A DNA stretch of 64,000 nucleotides from positions 1,531 through 65,530 of IMG/VR virus record IMGVR_UViG_3300045952_000124; one strand, written 5' to 3'. Of this stretch, positions 1 through 9,380 are shown in pieces (within the stretch, counting starts at the first letter, position 1; every line of letters begins with the position of its first letter). Below the pieces are notes generated by a model. That model saw only the letters and a program-made list of their open reading frames with translations. It had not been told where the DNA came from and did not search any database. Made by a program: the position numbers and the translations under genes. The DNA comes from a virus. Taxonomy: Duplodnaviria; Caudoviricetes.

Positions 1-17
1 CATGCAGAGGTGTAAAG

Positions 18-569
18 ATGCGGCAGAATGGCTCTCAGAGCGTCCTATCTATCGAAGAACAGCTTGCGGCGGCGGGCGCGACCCGGAAAGATATGCACAT
101 CGGTTCCACCGGAGCCGGGCGCGACCGCAAGTACGGCAATGAGATTGTGGATAACCTTGACGGGCGGTTTGATAGCATTGTAGAATACAGGTCGTATGTA
201 GGACTTCGGACACGCGAAGCCGCAGGAGAGATAACGGACCTGCGGCGGCAGGTGCAATTTGAAATCTACGTGAACGGTGTTTGGGTATGCGGTTGGAAGG
301 CGGACTTTGTGTTTACGGAAGCGGGCAAGCTGGTAATCGCGGACGCTAAAGGGCGGCTTGACCGGGAGTTCACACGACTGTACAGGCTGTTCTATGCCCT
401 GACGGGTATCCGCATACGCATCTACACGGAGAAGGGAATTGCGTCGGACCTGCCGCTCCGCTTTGAACGCGGGGCAGGGCGCGCCGAAGGGCTACAGAAG
501 CGAAGTGGCAAGAGGCAATACACGGTAATCCGAAAGGGGGCAAACGGTGAAAGCGACAGTTACCTATAG
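18..569 (+). CDS. DUF1064-like PD-(D/E)XK endonuclease
   Basis: KYGN..DGRFDS..E, GEITDLRRQVQFEI and KADFVF...VIADAKG motifs typical of phage DUF1064 proteins. Confidence 0.75.
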   Translation: MRQNGSQSVLSIEEQLAAAGATRKDMHIGSTGAGRDRKYGNEIVDNLDGRFDSIVEYRSYVGLRTREAAGEITDLRRQVQFEIYVNGVWVCGWKADFVFTEAGKLVIADAKGRLDREFTRLYRLFYALTGIRIRIYTEKGIASDLPLRFERGAGRAEGLQKRSGKRQYTVIRKGANGESDSYL

Positions 570-1104
570 GCGGCTAGTACCGCTCCGGCAGTACGAGAAC
601 GAAGCGTATGAGCTAACGTTGGAGGTAGACACGGGCGGAGAGGAGCCTTATTCGCAGGCGCACATTGACGAAGCGTTCCAACAGGTGCGCCGAGACGTGA
701 TCCGGCAGTGTCCGCCGAACGTGCAGGCGTATGAGGGGATTGAACGGGAGCAGGAGCCACAGGCGCAGGTCGCGCAGGCTGCAGACCCGCCGTTCAATGA
801 GGGTGGCGATGCGCCGTACGTTCCGGCGTGGGCTCCGCAGAAGCAAGTCATTACAGCGCCGCCGCAGGTCGCAGGCTCCAACGGCTACGACAGGTCGGAG
901 CGGGCAGGGGTGAGCAGCACGCCCGGCAACCCTGCGTCCGAGAAGCAGTGGAAGCTACTTGACAAGCTATGCGCGGAGCAGGGCATCGTGCTTGACACTC
1001 TGCTCTATGAGCGCGGGCTTGACCCGAACAGCCTGTCAAGCCGGGACGCAAGCGCGACGATTGAGGCGCTTATGCCTATGAGCAAAGGTCCGGGGCGGCG
1101 CTAA
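547..1104 (+). CDS. Hypothetical protein with C-terminal PASEKQ..LL...SSRDASATIEAL motif (often found on phage recombination/ssDNA-associated proteins)
   Basis: GTG start after AAGGGG, coupled to neighbours; motif recognition only. Confidence 0.5.
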   Translation: MKATVTYRRLVPLRQYENEAYELTLEVDTGGEEPYSQAHIDEAFQQVRRDVIRQCPPNVQAYEGIEREQEPQAQVAQAADPPFNEGGDAPYVPAWAPQKQVITAPPQVAGSNGYDRSERAGVSSTPGNPASEKQWKLLDKLCAEQGIVLDTLLYERGLDPNSLSSRDASATIEALMPMSKGPGRR

Positions 1105-1349
1105 TGGGCGCCCTCTCCTACGCGGAAGTGTTCAACGCGGTCCGGGCGGAGATGCCGGACGCAGATTGGACGGACGTTACAGTAGAAGCGCAGCGCAGGT
1201 TTCACGGCGACGTTGTAATGGCCCTGATAAGGGACGCGGCGACGGCGCAAGAGATGTTCGGAGACGATGAGCTAGAAAGGTTCGCATCGGAATACAAGAG
1301 AGCGCAGTTAGAAAAGACGGCAGTCTTGCCGCCTGCGGACGATCTGTAG
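1104..1349 (+). CDS. Hypothetical protein
   Basis: TAATG coupling with upstream ORF. Confidence 0.55.
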   Translation: MGALSYAEVFNAVRAEMPDADWTDVTVEAQRRFHGDVVMALIRDAATAQEMFGDDELERFASEYKRAQLEKTAVLPPADDL

Positions 1350-1443
1350 ATCGCGGCAGTTAGAAGCCGCGAGACACGCGGCAGGTTGCGGAGTAGCGTC
1401 GCCCGGCAGAACAGAGGACAGGAGCCGGGAAGGGGTACGCGGA

Positions 1444-1725
1444 GTGAGCGCGACGGTGATAGACTTTAGCGAACATGCGCGACGGCGCGGGCGGGCGGTA
1501 TGCCCGGACCCGGAGCCGATACCGATCCCTGATGCTATGGATCAGGGCTTGATGCTGTTGCTCCGCGTCCTGCCGGACCTGCAAGACAAGCCTGCGGACT
1601 TTGAGAGCCTGCTGGAGCGGCTGTCGGAAGCGGCGCGGGGCGAATTGCTAGCGGGGCGGCTTGAAGGCAGCACGGCGATTATGGCAGTCCGGCTCCTGCT
1701 TATGGCAGGGACCGGGAGAGGGTGA
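1444..1725 (+). CDS. Hypothetical protein
   Basis: GTG start, GTGA overlap with next ORF. Confidence 0.5.
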   Translation: MSATVIDFSEHARRRGRAVCPDPEPIPIPDAMDQGLMLLLRVLPDLQDKPADFESLLERLSEAARGELLAGRLEGSTAIMAVRLLLMAGTGRG

Positions 1726-2117
1726 GAGGGCGCACGATGTACCCAAACCTGAACCCGGAGCAGATGCGGCAGGCTGCAGATGAAATCCTGCGGGCGGCGG
1801 TTGAGTACGCGGTCGTAGCGGGGCGGCTCCGCGACACGAAGGCGTACAGAGAGCCGTCAACCGATGCGGACGTGCATAACGCATACCGCGACCGCAGGGG
1901 AGCCGCCGCCGCAAGCAATCGGCTAATTGACACGGTTCAACACTGGATGCGGCTAGGCATAGGCACGCTAGGCACACTACAAGGAGGCAACACACATGGC
2001 ACAGGACAACCGGAAGAACGACGGCTTATTCCGACCGCCGACGAACCTGCTGATACCTACATCGGCATTGAGGCGGGCGGAGCGCGAGAAGGAGTTGAGC
2101 CAAGAGGAGCAGAATAA
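1722..2117 (+). CDS. Hypothetical protein (3' end overlaps the next ORF)
   Basis: ORF track; coupled start. Confidence 0.4.
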   Translation: MRGRTMYPNLNPEQMRQAADEILRAAVEYAVVAGRLRDTKAYREPSTDADVHNAYRDRRGAAAASNRLIDTVQHWMRLGIGTLGTLQGGNTHGTGQPEERRLIPTADEPADTYIGIEAGGAREGVEPRGAE

Positions 2118-2487
2118 GGCGCAGTTAGAAGCGACCGCGCAGGTGGAAAACATCGGGCTTGACCCGGCGACTTTGACGGGCGGCAGGGGCGTCGCAAGGC
2201 TATCGTTTGGCGACCCTTCGGAGTTGTACGCCGGATTGGTGTGCGACATGGGGCATCGTAAGACCGTGCCGTTGGTCGAGTACATACGCGGGCTAGAAGA
2301 ACGCAGCATGGCTATATGTCACAACCCGGAACACGGTACAGCGCTGCACCAGATCAGGGCGGCAACGGGGCGCGTACCGCATGAGCTAGCGTTGAAGCAG
2401 CAATTCCGCATAATGACGGTCGCGGTCGCGGCTGTGCAGGAGCAGGGCGCGCAGGAGCAGGTCGCGACGGAAGGGGCGACAGAATGA
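1996..2487 (+). CDS. Hypothetical protein with C-x3-H / C-x4-H putative metal ligands
   Basis: Strong SD AAGGAGG upstream; CDMGH and CHNPEH. Confidence 0.6.
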   Translation: MAQDNRKNDGLFRPPTNLLIPTSALRRAEREKELSQEEQNKAQLEATAQVENIGLDPATLTGGRGVARLSFGDPSELYAGLVCDMGHRKTVPLVEYIRGLEERSMAICHNPEHGTALHQIRAATGRVPHELALKQQFRIMTVAVAAVQEQGAQEQVATEGATE

Positions 2488-2783
2488 GCGGCATACACGT
2501 TGCATCGCAGGTGAACAGCAGAGACAAGTCGCCGGGCGTAATGCTCCGCGTCAATGAGGACTTCGTGATACTTACACCTGCGGACGCCCGGAAGGTCGCG
2601 GCGGACCTGCTTGAAGCGGCGCAGGCGGCGATTGGCGACGCCTTTATCTACAACTTCCTGCAGTCGCACGGCTTCTCGGTTGGGCAGTCGGTCGCGGCGA
2701 TACAAGCGCTCCGCGACTACAGGCAAGGGTTGGAGAAGTCGGCAGGGGCAGAGGAAGCAGAGGAAGCAGAGGAACAGGAATAG
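2484..2783 (+). CDS. Hypothetical protein
   Basis: ATGA coupling; acidic tail. Confidence 0.6.
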   Translation: MSGIHVASQVNSRDKSPGVMLRVNEDFVILTPADARKVAADLLEAAQAAIGDAFIYNFLQSHGFSVGQSVAAIQALRDYRQGLEKSAGAEEAEEAEEQE

Positions 2784-2835
2784 GCGCATAGGCGCGTCGC
2801 ATATCCGACCTGCGACCGATTGACAGGAGTTCAGC

Positions 2836-3375
2836 ATGAGGTACGATGTACGGTGTTTATCGCTTACGCAGCCGTGGGCGACTTTGATGGTCATAGGAGC
2901 GAAGCGGATTGAAACGCGGAGTTGGTACACGGCGTATCGCGGGCTAGTCGGCATACATGCGTCAAAGGGCTATCCGCCCGATGCGCGCAACTTCGCGAAG
3001 TCTCGCCCGGTCTATGAGCTGCTTCTGGACGGCGGTTTCAGCACAATATCGTCGCCGGGCGTGCAGGAGCCGCTTGACATGACTTCGCGGGGCTTCGGTG
3101 AGGTGCAGCCGATGCCGTTCGGCTCAATCGTAGCGGTCGGCAGGCTTGACGAGTGTAAGAGTACGGAAGCGTTGCTATACGCCGACGCTGTGACGAAGCA
3201 GGAGCGGCTACTAGGCAACTACCAACCGGGGCGGTACGGCTTCCTGATAGGCGATATAGTGCGCCTGCCGGAGCCGATACCCGCGAGAGGCATGTTAGGA
3301 CTGTGGACACCGGACGCAACAACAGCAGAGCAGTTGGTATCGTTCTGGACAGGGAGAGCGCAGTCCCGGCTATGA
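2836..3375 (+). CDS. ASCH (PUA-like) domain protein
   Basis: LSLTQPWATL..GAKRIETRSW.T.YRG.VGIHAS and C-terminal PIPARGMLGLW, the ASCH signature. Confidence 0.9.
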   Translation: MRYDVRCLSLTQPWATLMVIGAKRIETRSWYTAYRGLVGIHASKGYPPDARNFAKSRPVYELLLDGGFSTISSPGVQEPLDMTSRGFGEVQPMPFGSIVAVGRLDECKSTEALLYADAVTKQERLLGNYQPGRYGFLIGDIVRLPEPIPARGMLGLWTPDATTAEQLVSFWTGRAQSRL

Positions 3376-3728
3376 TACTGCTCCTGCGCTTGAACGAAGT
3401 CAGATACGTGGGCGACGCGGTGTCTCCGCCCGATCCGCACCTGTACCGCCTGCGGCTTGGCGACCGCCTGTACGTGTGGCTAGGCATCGGGGAAGACTTG
3501 CTGCCGGAAGTCGGCACGAAGCTAATCACCGTATGGGAAACGGCGGGCGACGCGGCGCTAGCGCAGGAGCATCCGGTCGCGGTAGAAGTTGAATGGCCTC
3601 TGCCGTCCGGCGCGGTCGTGAAAATGCGCTGGCGCATCGGGCAGCGCTGCGTTCTGCTGCCGCCCGGACATAAATTGGGCGCAGGGGAGCAGGCAGCGCC
3701 GCCGCCGCAGGCTTCAAGGCAAGTTTAG
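3372..3728 (+). CDS. Hypothetical protein
   Basis: ATGA overlap with the ASCH stop. Confidence 0.5.
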   Translation: MILLLRLNEVRYVGDAVSPPDPHLYRLRLGDRLYVWLGIGEDLLPEVGTKLITVWETAGDAALAQEHPVAVEVEWPLPSGAVVKMRWRIGQRCVLLPPGHKLGAGEQAAPPPQASRQV

Positions 3729-3792
3729 AGCGCGTGAGATGACACAGGGCGCGTCAGGTGCGTTGCGGCAGTATAAACGCACCTGTGAGCGC

Positions 3793-3844
3793 TTGACAGC
3801 CGTCCTGCGGCGGCGGTATAATGTCGTAGTCGCGGAATACGACA
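3793..3844 (+). promoter_or_regulatory. sigma70-type promoter P1 with degenerate shared start-site box
   Basis: TTGACA(3793)-18-TATAAT(3817) then GTCGTAGTCGCGGAATACGACA. Confidence 0.75.
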
Positions 3845-3881
3845 CCCGCGACGGGCAAGAACACACAAGGAGGCAATCGGA

Positions 3882-5090
3882 ATGACCGAATTACTGGTAA
3901 GGGACGGGCATTTGACCGAGAAGATCGTGTTTACCGGACCTGCGGTGTATCAGGGCGAAGCGGAAGCGGACCCGGCTGTGGCTGTGCTGCCCGCGAAGAC
4001 GCTCCGCAAGTACATCGCGGTCGTTGAAGCAGTCTCGGCGGCATCGGGCATTGTAACGGACCGCCCGAAGTGGCACGACGCGATGCAGAGTTGGGTCCGG
4101 TCGGCGGCTCCGGCGAAGGGCATGCTGCTAATTAGCAACGATGAGTACAACACGCTTGCGAATAAGCACTCCAACCTGCGGAGCGACCTGAACGATTGGT
4201 ACTCTGAGCTACGCGCCGACATGAACGTGCCGGGCAGTCCGTACGACATGAGCGATGAGGAAATGATCGGCTACTTGAAGGCGCACGTCGCGACGTACAT
4301 GAGCAAGAAGCAGCCGCCGCAGGGCGACGCCGAGACGCTTCTTATCGGCATGCCGCACCTGTTGGATTTAGCGGCGCAGTTGGGCATTGAGAACCCTGCG
4401 GCGGCGGCGAAGCACCTGTTTGAGCAGATAATAAACATGACGGCGCATCTGCGGAAGCGGCTTGACGATTGCAAGGCGGCAAGCGACGAAGTTGACCGGA
4501 CATGGAAGGAAGTCCGCCGACACCTGCGCGACATTGACGGCGATCTGCGCCCGCACGACCCACTGTACGCCGCGTCGGTTGACCACCCGGACGAAGCGCA
4601 GGGCATATTCGTTGACTACGTGCTGCAAGAGGTTGCCCGCGCCGTGCGGCGGCTCCTGCAGGACTTGGCGGACGTGAAGCACGCTGCAGAGATAGGCGCA
4701 AGGGAGCGCACGGCGTTTGAGGTCGCGCTTAGGGTCGCAACGGCGGACTTGAAGGAGGCGCGGGGCGACGTGCTGCAGGACTTGAACAACATGATAACCG
4801 AAATTGAGACGGTGCTTGAAGTGCGCGAACCTCTGCGACCGCACGCGGAGCAGGAGCCGGGCGCGCAGCAAACAGCGCCGCCGCAGGCTGTTGAGTTGCA
4901 GGTGACAACTGCGTCCTACTATCCGGGCGACCGTTGCCCGCGCTGCCCCGGCACGCTTGTGAGGACCGTTGCATCGGATGGTGTTAGTGCGGGCGTCTAC
5001 GTTGAGTGCGATAGCTGCCACCACGCTTACACGATAGCGCCGGGCTATGAGCCGCCGCAGGCTCCGCGTGCGCTGCCGATTGAGGACTAA
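3882..5090 (+). CDS. Coiled-coil protein with C-terminal Zn ribbon
   Basis: SD AAGGAGG; heptad-like middle; CPRC...CDSC. Confidence 0.65.
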   Translation: MTELLVRDGHLTEKIVFTGPAVYQGEAEADPAVAVLPAKTLRKYIAVVEAVSAASGIVTDRPKWHDAMQSWVRSAAPAKGMLLISNDEYNTLANKHSNLRSDLNDWYSELRADMNVPGSPYDMSDEEMIGYLKAHVATYMSKKQPPQGDAETLLIGMPHLLDLAAQLGIENPAAAAKHLFEQIINMTAHLRKRLDDCKAASDEVDRTWKEVRRHLRDIDGDLRPHDPLYAASVDHPDEAQGIFVDYVLQEVARAVRRLLQDLADVKHAAEIGARERTAFEVALRVATADLKEARGDVLQDLNNMITEIETVLEVREPLRPHAEQEPGAQQTAPPQAVELQVTTASYYPGDRCPRCPGTLVRTVASDGVSAGVYVECDSCHHAYTIAPGYEPPQAPRALPIED

Positions 5091-5104
5091 CGGAGAAAGC
5101 CGGA

Positions 5105-5641
5105 ATGACTGCCGCAGGTCGGATCGTCGCCGTCTACAGCGACGGCGGAGTGGTGTTGAAAAACCCGTCGCCGTGGGCAGGTACGTGGGCATGGGTCCAC
5201 GTAGACGAAGCCGGGCAGGTCGTGAACGAAGGGAGCGGCGTCCTGCCCGGCTCCGCCGCCCGCCCGGTATCAAACAACGTCGCGGAGTTGGAAGCAGCCG
5301 TGCGGGGCATTGAGGCGCTGCCTGCGGGCTGCACGCCCTTCGCCCTGTACACGGATAGCGATGTGACCGCAGGGCGCATATCAGCTACGTACAGTGGCAC
5401 GGGCTACACGTACGCCTACAGGGGCATATCCGACGCCCTGCGAGAGCGGGCGCAGGCGTGCATCGCCCGGTATGAATACGGTGTGGTGCTATTAGCCGGA
5501 CACCCAACACGCGCAGAGTTGGCGGCAGGCAGGAGCCGGGGCGGACTGCCCGTCTCGCCGCATAACGTGCGGTGCGATGCGCTGTGCAAGGAGCGCGCGA
5601 TTGAGTTCCTAGACGAATTGAGGGAGTTAGGCTTGCTATGA
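5105..5641 (+). CDS. Ribonuclease HI-like protein
   Basis: YSDGG...NP, SNNVAELEA, YTDS, GH and NVRCDALC match RNase H catalytic motifs. Confidence 0.85.
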   Translation: MTAAGRIVAVYSDGGVVLKNPSPWAGTWAWVHVDEAGQVVNEGSGVLPGSAARPVSNNVAELEAAVRGIEALPAGCTPFALYTDSDVTAGRISATYSGTGYTYAYRGISDALRERAQACIARYEYGVVLLAGHPTRAELAAGRSRGGLPVSPHNVRCDALCKERAIEFLDELRELGLL

Positions 5642-6225
5642 TAGACACTGAAACGAAAGAAGCGTTTGCGCGCAACCTGCCGACTACGATTGACGAGTTT
5701 CGCAGAGGGACGGGCCAAAAGCCCGCCTTCGTGTTCGTATCGGCGGCGGATTGGACGGTCAACGAAGTGCAGGAGCGCGGGCTACACCGATGGGGCTTGC
5801 ACGTCCGCATAGACAAGACCCTGCCGTCAGGTATGGTGCTTGTGACCGGGCCGCGACCGGACCGGGCGGCGTATGAGCAGGGCATCGGCGCAGCGAAGGC
5901 GGACCCGGACAATACCGTGCTGTTTGACACGCTTGAGGAGAACCTTCGCGACGTGCTGCACGAAGTAGCCCGAGAGCGCCGCAGGCAGGAAGCGAAGTTC
6001 GGCTACCACGAACACTATCCTATGGAGTACCTGAGCATAATCGGAGAGGAGTACGGCGAAGCGTGCCGGGCGGCTAACACGTCGCATTGGAACGCAGAGA
6101 GCCTAGCCGCCTACAGGGAGGAGCTAGTGCATCTGGCGGCGACGACGATACAGGCGATACAGGGGCTTGACATGGCGGGCGAAGAACACGACTTTACGCC
6201 TGCGGAGCGGGAGGCGCGGGTATGA
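5638..6225 (+). CDS. MazG-like nucleotide pyrophosphohydrolase (C-terminal domain)
   Basis: ERRRQEAKFG...IIGEEYGEACRA...YREELVHLAA. Confidence 0.75.
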   Translation: MIDTETKEAFARNLPTTIDEFRRGTGQKPAFVFVSAADWTVNEVQERGLHRWGLHVRIDKTLPSGMVLVTGPRPDRAAYEQGIGAAKADPDNTVLFDTLEENLRDVLHEVARERRRQEAKFGYHEHYPMEYLSIIGEEYGEACRAANTSHWNAESLAAYREELVHLAATTIQAIQGLDMAGEEHDFTPAEREARV

Positions 6226-6509
6226 CCGAAGGTGGGCAGGAAGTCATGGGACCGCCCGCGAAGCAGAAGCGCAAGCATCGGCGGTTGGGACACCTGCCGC
6301 CGTATGAGCCGTACGTGCGGCGCAGGTGGCACGACGGAGAGCGGATAACGCTGTCAATACTGTGCGGCTGCGGCGCGGAGCAGTTACAATATGAGCATGT
6401 CTTCCGGGGCTGCGGCAAGCGCTGCGAAGAATGCGGCGGCAAGATTACCAACCGGGGCGCGTACATACCGCCGCAGGTCGCGCCCGTTCAACAGGAGCAG
6501 AACGCATGA
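6222..6509 (+). CDS. Small Zn-finger protein
   Basis: CGCG...CEECGG; ATGA couplings. Confidence 0.5.
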   Translation: MTEGGQEVMGPPAKQKRKHRRLGHLPPYEPYVRRRWHDGERITLSILCGCGAEQLQYEHVFRGCGKRCEECGGKITNRGAYIPPQVAPVQQEQNA

Positions 6510-6700
6510 AGCCGCCGCCGATACCGTTGATACCGCCGATACCTACAGCGCAGCCGCAAGACTTCCTGCCGCCGCCGCAGGTTCTTTCCGGCAGCACGGA
6601 AGCATTGGGCTTGACCCTGCTAATCCTGCTCTGCATGGTGTGCTTCGTCGCGCTTGCGCTTGTGGTCGTAGCGGGAGAACGCGACAGAAGCAGGAGTTGA
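6506..6700 (+). CDS. Small membrane protein
   Basis: SD AGGAG; one hydrophobic helix LGLTLLILLCMVCFVALALVVV. Confidence 0.55.
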   Translation: MKPPPIPLIPPIPTAQPQDFLPPPQVLSGSTEALGLTLLILLCMVCFVALALVVVAGERDRSRS

Positions 6701-6725
6701 CAGGCGGGCAACGTTCGGATAACAT
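6697..6725 (+). promoter_or_regulatory. Putative promoter upstream of the modification cluster
   Basis: TTGACA-17-TAACAT. Confidence 0.45.
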
Positions 6726-6752
6726 TAGGCCAATCTAGCGGGAGGTACAGGT

Positions 6753-7001
6753 TTGGACAGTAGACAGAACAGGAGCGACAGGAGCGGGCGGCAGAGGGAT
6801 GAGCCGGAAGAACCGCCCGAAGTCGCGATGCTTGCGGCGTTCGCGGACAGTGGCAACCCGATAGCCTTCAACGCGCACGGCGACGGGGCGTACCTGCGGA
6901 TACAGGTCCCACGCTCCGACGATGAGAACGTGTTGCTGTTGAAGAAGCACTACATGGAGCGAACGTTCCTGTTGATATTCAAGCCTGTACCGGACCGCTA
7001 G
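6753..7001 (+). CDS. Hypothetical protein
   Basis: GGGAGG SD before TTG. Confidence 0.5.
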   Translation: MDSRQNRSDRSGRQRDEPEEPPEVAMLAAFADSGNPIAFNAHGDGAYLRIQVPRSDDENVLLLKKHYMERTFLLIFKPVPDR

Positions 7002-7036
7002 ATAGCCCAACTAGGAGCATAGGAGCAAGAAAAAGC

Positions 7037-7897
7037 ATGGACAAAGGCAGCATAATCGGCGGCGACTTGACGGAGCGCATCGCCCGGCAGAGCCGCATGT
7101 ACGAAGACGGACCGCTTGCAATCGTGGAGCCTGCGCGTGTTGACACGGCGGTCGCGTATGACATGATCGCGCCGGAGTACGACGCGACGTTCTCAACGCC
7201 GCTTGCGCTTGCGGAGAACACGGTCGCGTTTGAATGGGTCAACAGGCACTACCGCGAATTGTGTGAGCTTGCGGCGGCTGCGCGACCGCAATACCCGGTG
7301 AACGTGCTTGACGTAGCCTGCGGTACTGGCCTGCTGCTTGACTACATAGACATACCGGGCAGCACGTATCAGGGGATTGACATATCGCACGGCATGCTGG
7401 CGCAGGCGCGCCGGAAGCATCCGCGCCACATGTTCTATGCGTTTGAGGCGGAGCATCTGGCGGCGCTGCCGATGCGGAGCGGCTACGCTCTGGCAGTCAG
7501 CATGTTCGGCAGTTGGTCGCACTTCGATGCGGCGCGGGTCGTTGACCAGTTGTGGCGCGTTATGCGGAGCGGCGGGCGCGTCCTGATCATGGCTATGAGC
7601 AGGCGGTACGCGCATCGCGAGAGCTACATTCTGCAGAAGAAGGGTTTGAAGGTTGATCGCAGGCTGTGGCGCTCCGACGATCTGCGGAACCTGTTTGAGC
7701 GCCGGGGCTTCGCGCAGGTGAAGATCCACGGCATGGACGGCTACGCCGACCCGCACATGGAACGTTGGGGTTGGTCGCAGCCTGCGATTGAACGATACCT
7801 GCGGGCGGAGCGGGCGACTTTGGGCCGGCTCTTACCGGACAGGTGTTTCAACCTGTGCCTTGAAGCGGTGCGCCCGTACACCGGAGTTGAGGAATGA
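7037..7897 (+). CDS. Class I SAM-dependent methyltransferase
   Basis: YDMIAPEYD, VLDVACGTG (motif I), GIDISHGMLAQAR, RVMRSGG. Confidence 0.9.
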   Translation: MDKGSIIGGDLTERIARQSRMYEDGPLAIVEPARVDTAVAYDMIAPEYDATFSTPLALAENTVAFEWVNRHYRELCELAAAARPQYPVNVLDVACGTGLLLDYIDIPGSTYQGIDISHGMLAQARRKHPRHMFYAFEAEHLAALPMRSGYALAVSMFGSWSHFDAARVVDQLWRVMRSGGRVLIMAMSRRYAHRESYILQKKGLKVDRRLWRSDDLRNLFERRGFAQVKIHGMDGYADPHMERWGWSQPAIERYLRAERATLGRLLPDRCFNLCLEAVRPYTGVEE

Positions 7898-9114
7898 GCG
7901 CCGCCGCAGGTCGCGCCGGGACCGGGGCAGGCTCCGGCACTACGGTCAAAGGCATGTCGCACGGCTCCGGGTCGTACCAACGCCGGGGCAACCTGACGAC
8001 GAACGTGTACGAAGAAGCGCTCTCCCGGCTAGTAGGACTGTACGCTGCAGGGGAGCGCGTGGTCGTAGCGTTCTCGGCGGGCAAGGATTCGGGCGTGTGC
8101 CTTGAGCTGTGCATAGAAGCCGCCCGGATAACCGGACGCCTGCCCGTTGACGTAGTAATGCGCGATGAGGAGATAATGTTTCCCGGCACGTTTGAGTACG
8201 CGGAGCGTGTGGCGAACCGACCGGAAGTAAACTTCAAGTGGCTAGTCGCGCACCAACCGATCATAAATTGCTTCAACCGGGCGGAGCCGTACTTCTGGGC
8301 GTTTGACCCGCTCCTGCCGCCCGATAAATGGGTCCGCACTCCGCCGCCGTTCGCTGAGGAAATGGGCGTTATGCACATTGAGACAATGGTGCATCCTGAC
8401 AGGTTCCCGATTGAGAGCGGGCAGACTTTGTTCTCGGTCGTAGGGCTGCGCGTGCAGGAGAGCCGGAACCGCCTGTACTCTATATTTTCCTCACGCGGAC
8501 ACCTGACGAAGCCCAACGCTTACGGCGTGCGGAATTGCCGCCCGATCTACGATTGGAAGCACGGCGACGTTTGGAAAGCAATCCACGAAAAGGGGTGGGA
8601 CTACAACCGGGCGTACGATGTGATGCTCCGCTTCGGAGTGAAGCAGTACGCCATGCGAATAGGACCGCCGACCTTGAACCCTCTCGGTGCGCGCATCTTG
8701 AAGCCTGCGGCGTCCGCTTGGCCCCGCTGGTTCGACAAGGTATGCGACAGGTTGCCGGGCGTGCGTCAGGTGGCGCTGTTCGGCTTGCGCGTCGTGCAGC
8801 CGGACAGGAGACAGGGCGAACACTGGCAGCAAACGTTCCAACGCGAATGTATTGACAACGCGCCCGGCTGGATAGCGGAGCGGGCAGTCGCTTACTCCAA
8901 CGCTATCCTAAAAGCGCACTCAAAGCACAGCACCGGACCACTGCCGGAGAAGATACCCTGCAGGATACACAAAGGCAACATCGGCAGTTGGAGGGCGCTG
9001 ACGCACGCCCTGTACAACGGCGATCCGTTCGCCCTGCGGACCGACCTGCCCGTCATAGAGCCGGAGTTCTTCCGGCAGGGAGCCGGAACGTGGGGCGGCA
9101 AGCCGACCTTTTAG
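7894..9114 (+). CDS. PAPS-reductase-family PP-loop protein (IbrA/DUF3440-like, DndC/SspD superfamily)
   Basis: VVVAFSAGKDSGV PP-loop, VVGLRVQESRNR, PIYDWKHGDVW, YNRAYD. Confidence 0.85.
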   Translation: MSAAAGRAGTGAGSGTTVKGMSHGSGSYQRRGNLTTNVYEEALSRLVGLYAAGERVVVAFSAGKDSGVCLELCIEAARITGRLPVDVVMRDEEIMFPGTFEYAERVANRPEVNFKWLVAHQPIINCFNRAEPYFWAFDPLLPPDKWVRTPPPFAEEMGVMHIETMVHPDRFPIESGQTLFSVVGLRVQESRNRLYSIFSSRGHLTKPNAYGVRNCRPIYDWKHGDVWKAIHEKGWDYNRAYDVMLRFGVKQYAMRIGPPTLNPLGARILKPAASAWPRWFDKVCDRLPGVRQVALFGLRVVQPDRRQGEHWQQTFQRECIDNAPGWIAERAVAYSNAILKAHSKHSTGPLPEKIPCRIHKGNIGSWRALTHALYNGDPFALRTDLPVIEPEFFRQGAGTWGGKPTF

Positions 9115-9124
9115 GTCGCGGAGT

Positions 9125-9144
9125 ATTGTTGTCATGACAACAAT
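9125..9144. promoter_or_regulatory. Perfect 20-bp palindrome, operator-like
   Basis: ATTGTTGTCATGACAACAAT equals its own reverse complement. Confidence 0.6.
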
Positions 9145-9172
9145 CGCTAGCAAAGATGTTCTAATTCACCCG

Positions 9173-9310
9173 GCAATAACGCTCCGCAGAGCCGCCGCAG
9201 GAAAAGCCCTGAAACGCTCTGAGAGCCATTCAGCCGCGTCAATACCGCGAATGAGTACACTTATAGTCATGCTGCTATTCTGACGATTTCGTGCGTGATA
9301 TTAGAACATG
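9173..9310 (+). repeat. Dispersed ~110-140 bp element, copy A
   Basis: CTGAGAGCCATTCAGCCGCGTCAA ... TATTCTGACGATTTCGTGC..GATATTAG shared with 33933-34040(-), 46125-46233 and (partly) 53472-53617. Confidence 0.9.
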
Positions 9311-9380
9311 AGTGTCGCAAACGCGACAGGGCGAAGTGAGGGCGGCGGAGCGGTGAGGGAACAGTTGTTCTAACGTCTAC

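Noticed and set aside
7894-9114. CysH auxiliary metabolic gene for sulfate assimilation, or a complete Dnd system
   Set aside because: No C-terminal ECGLH motif, no other cys or dnd/ssp genes; the context is IbrB-like ParB and methyltransferases.
9280-9310. CTGACGA in the dispersed element as a hammerhead ribozyme core (CUGANGA)
   Set aside because: No stem II followed by GAAA and no matching stems I/III.
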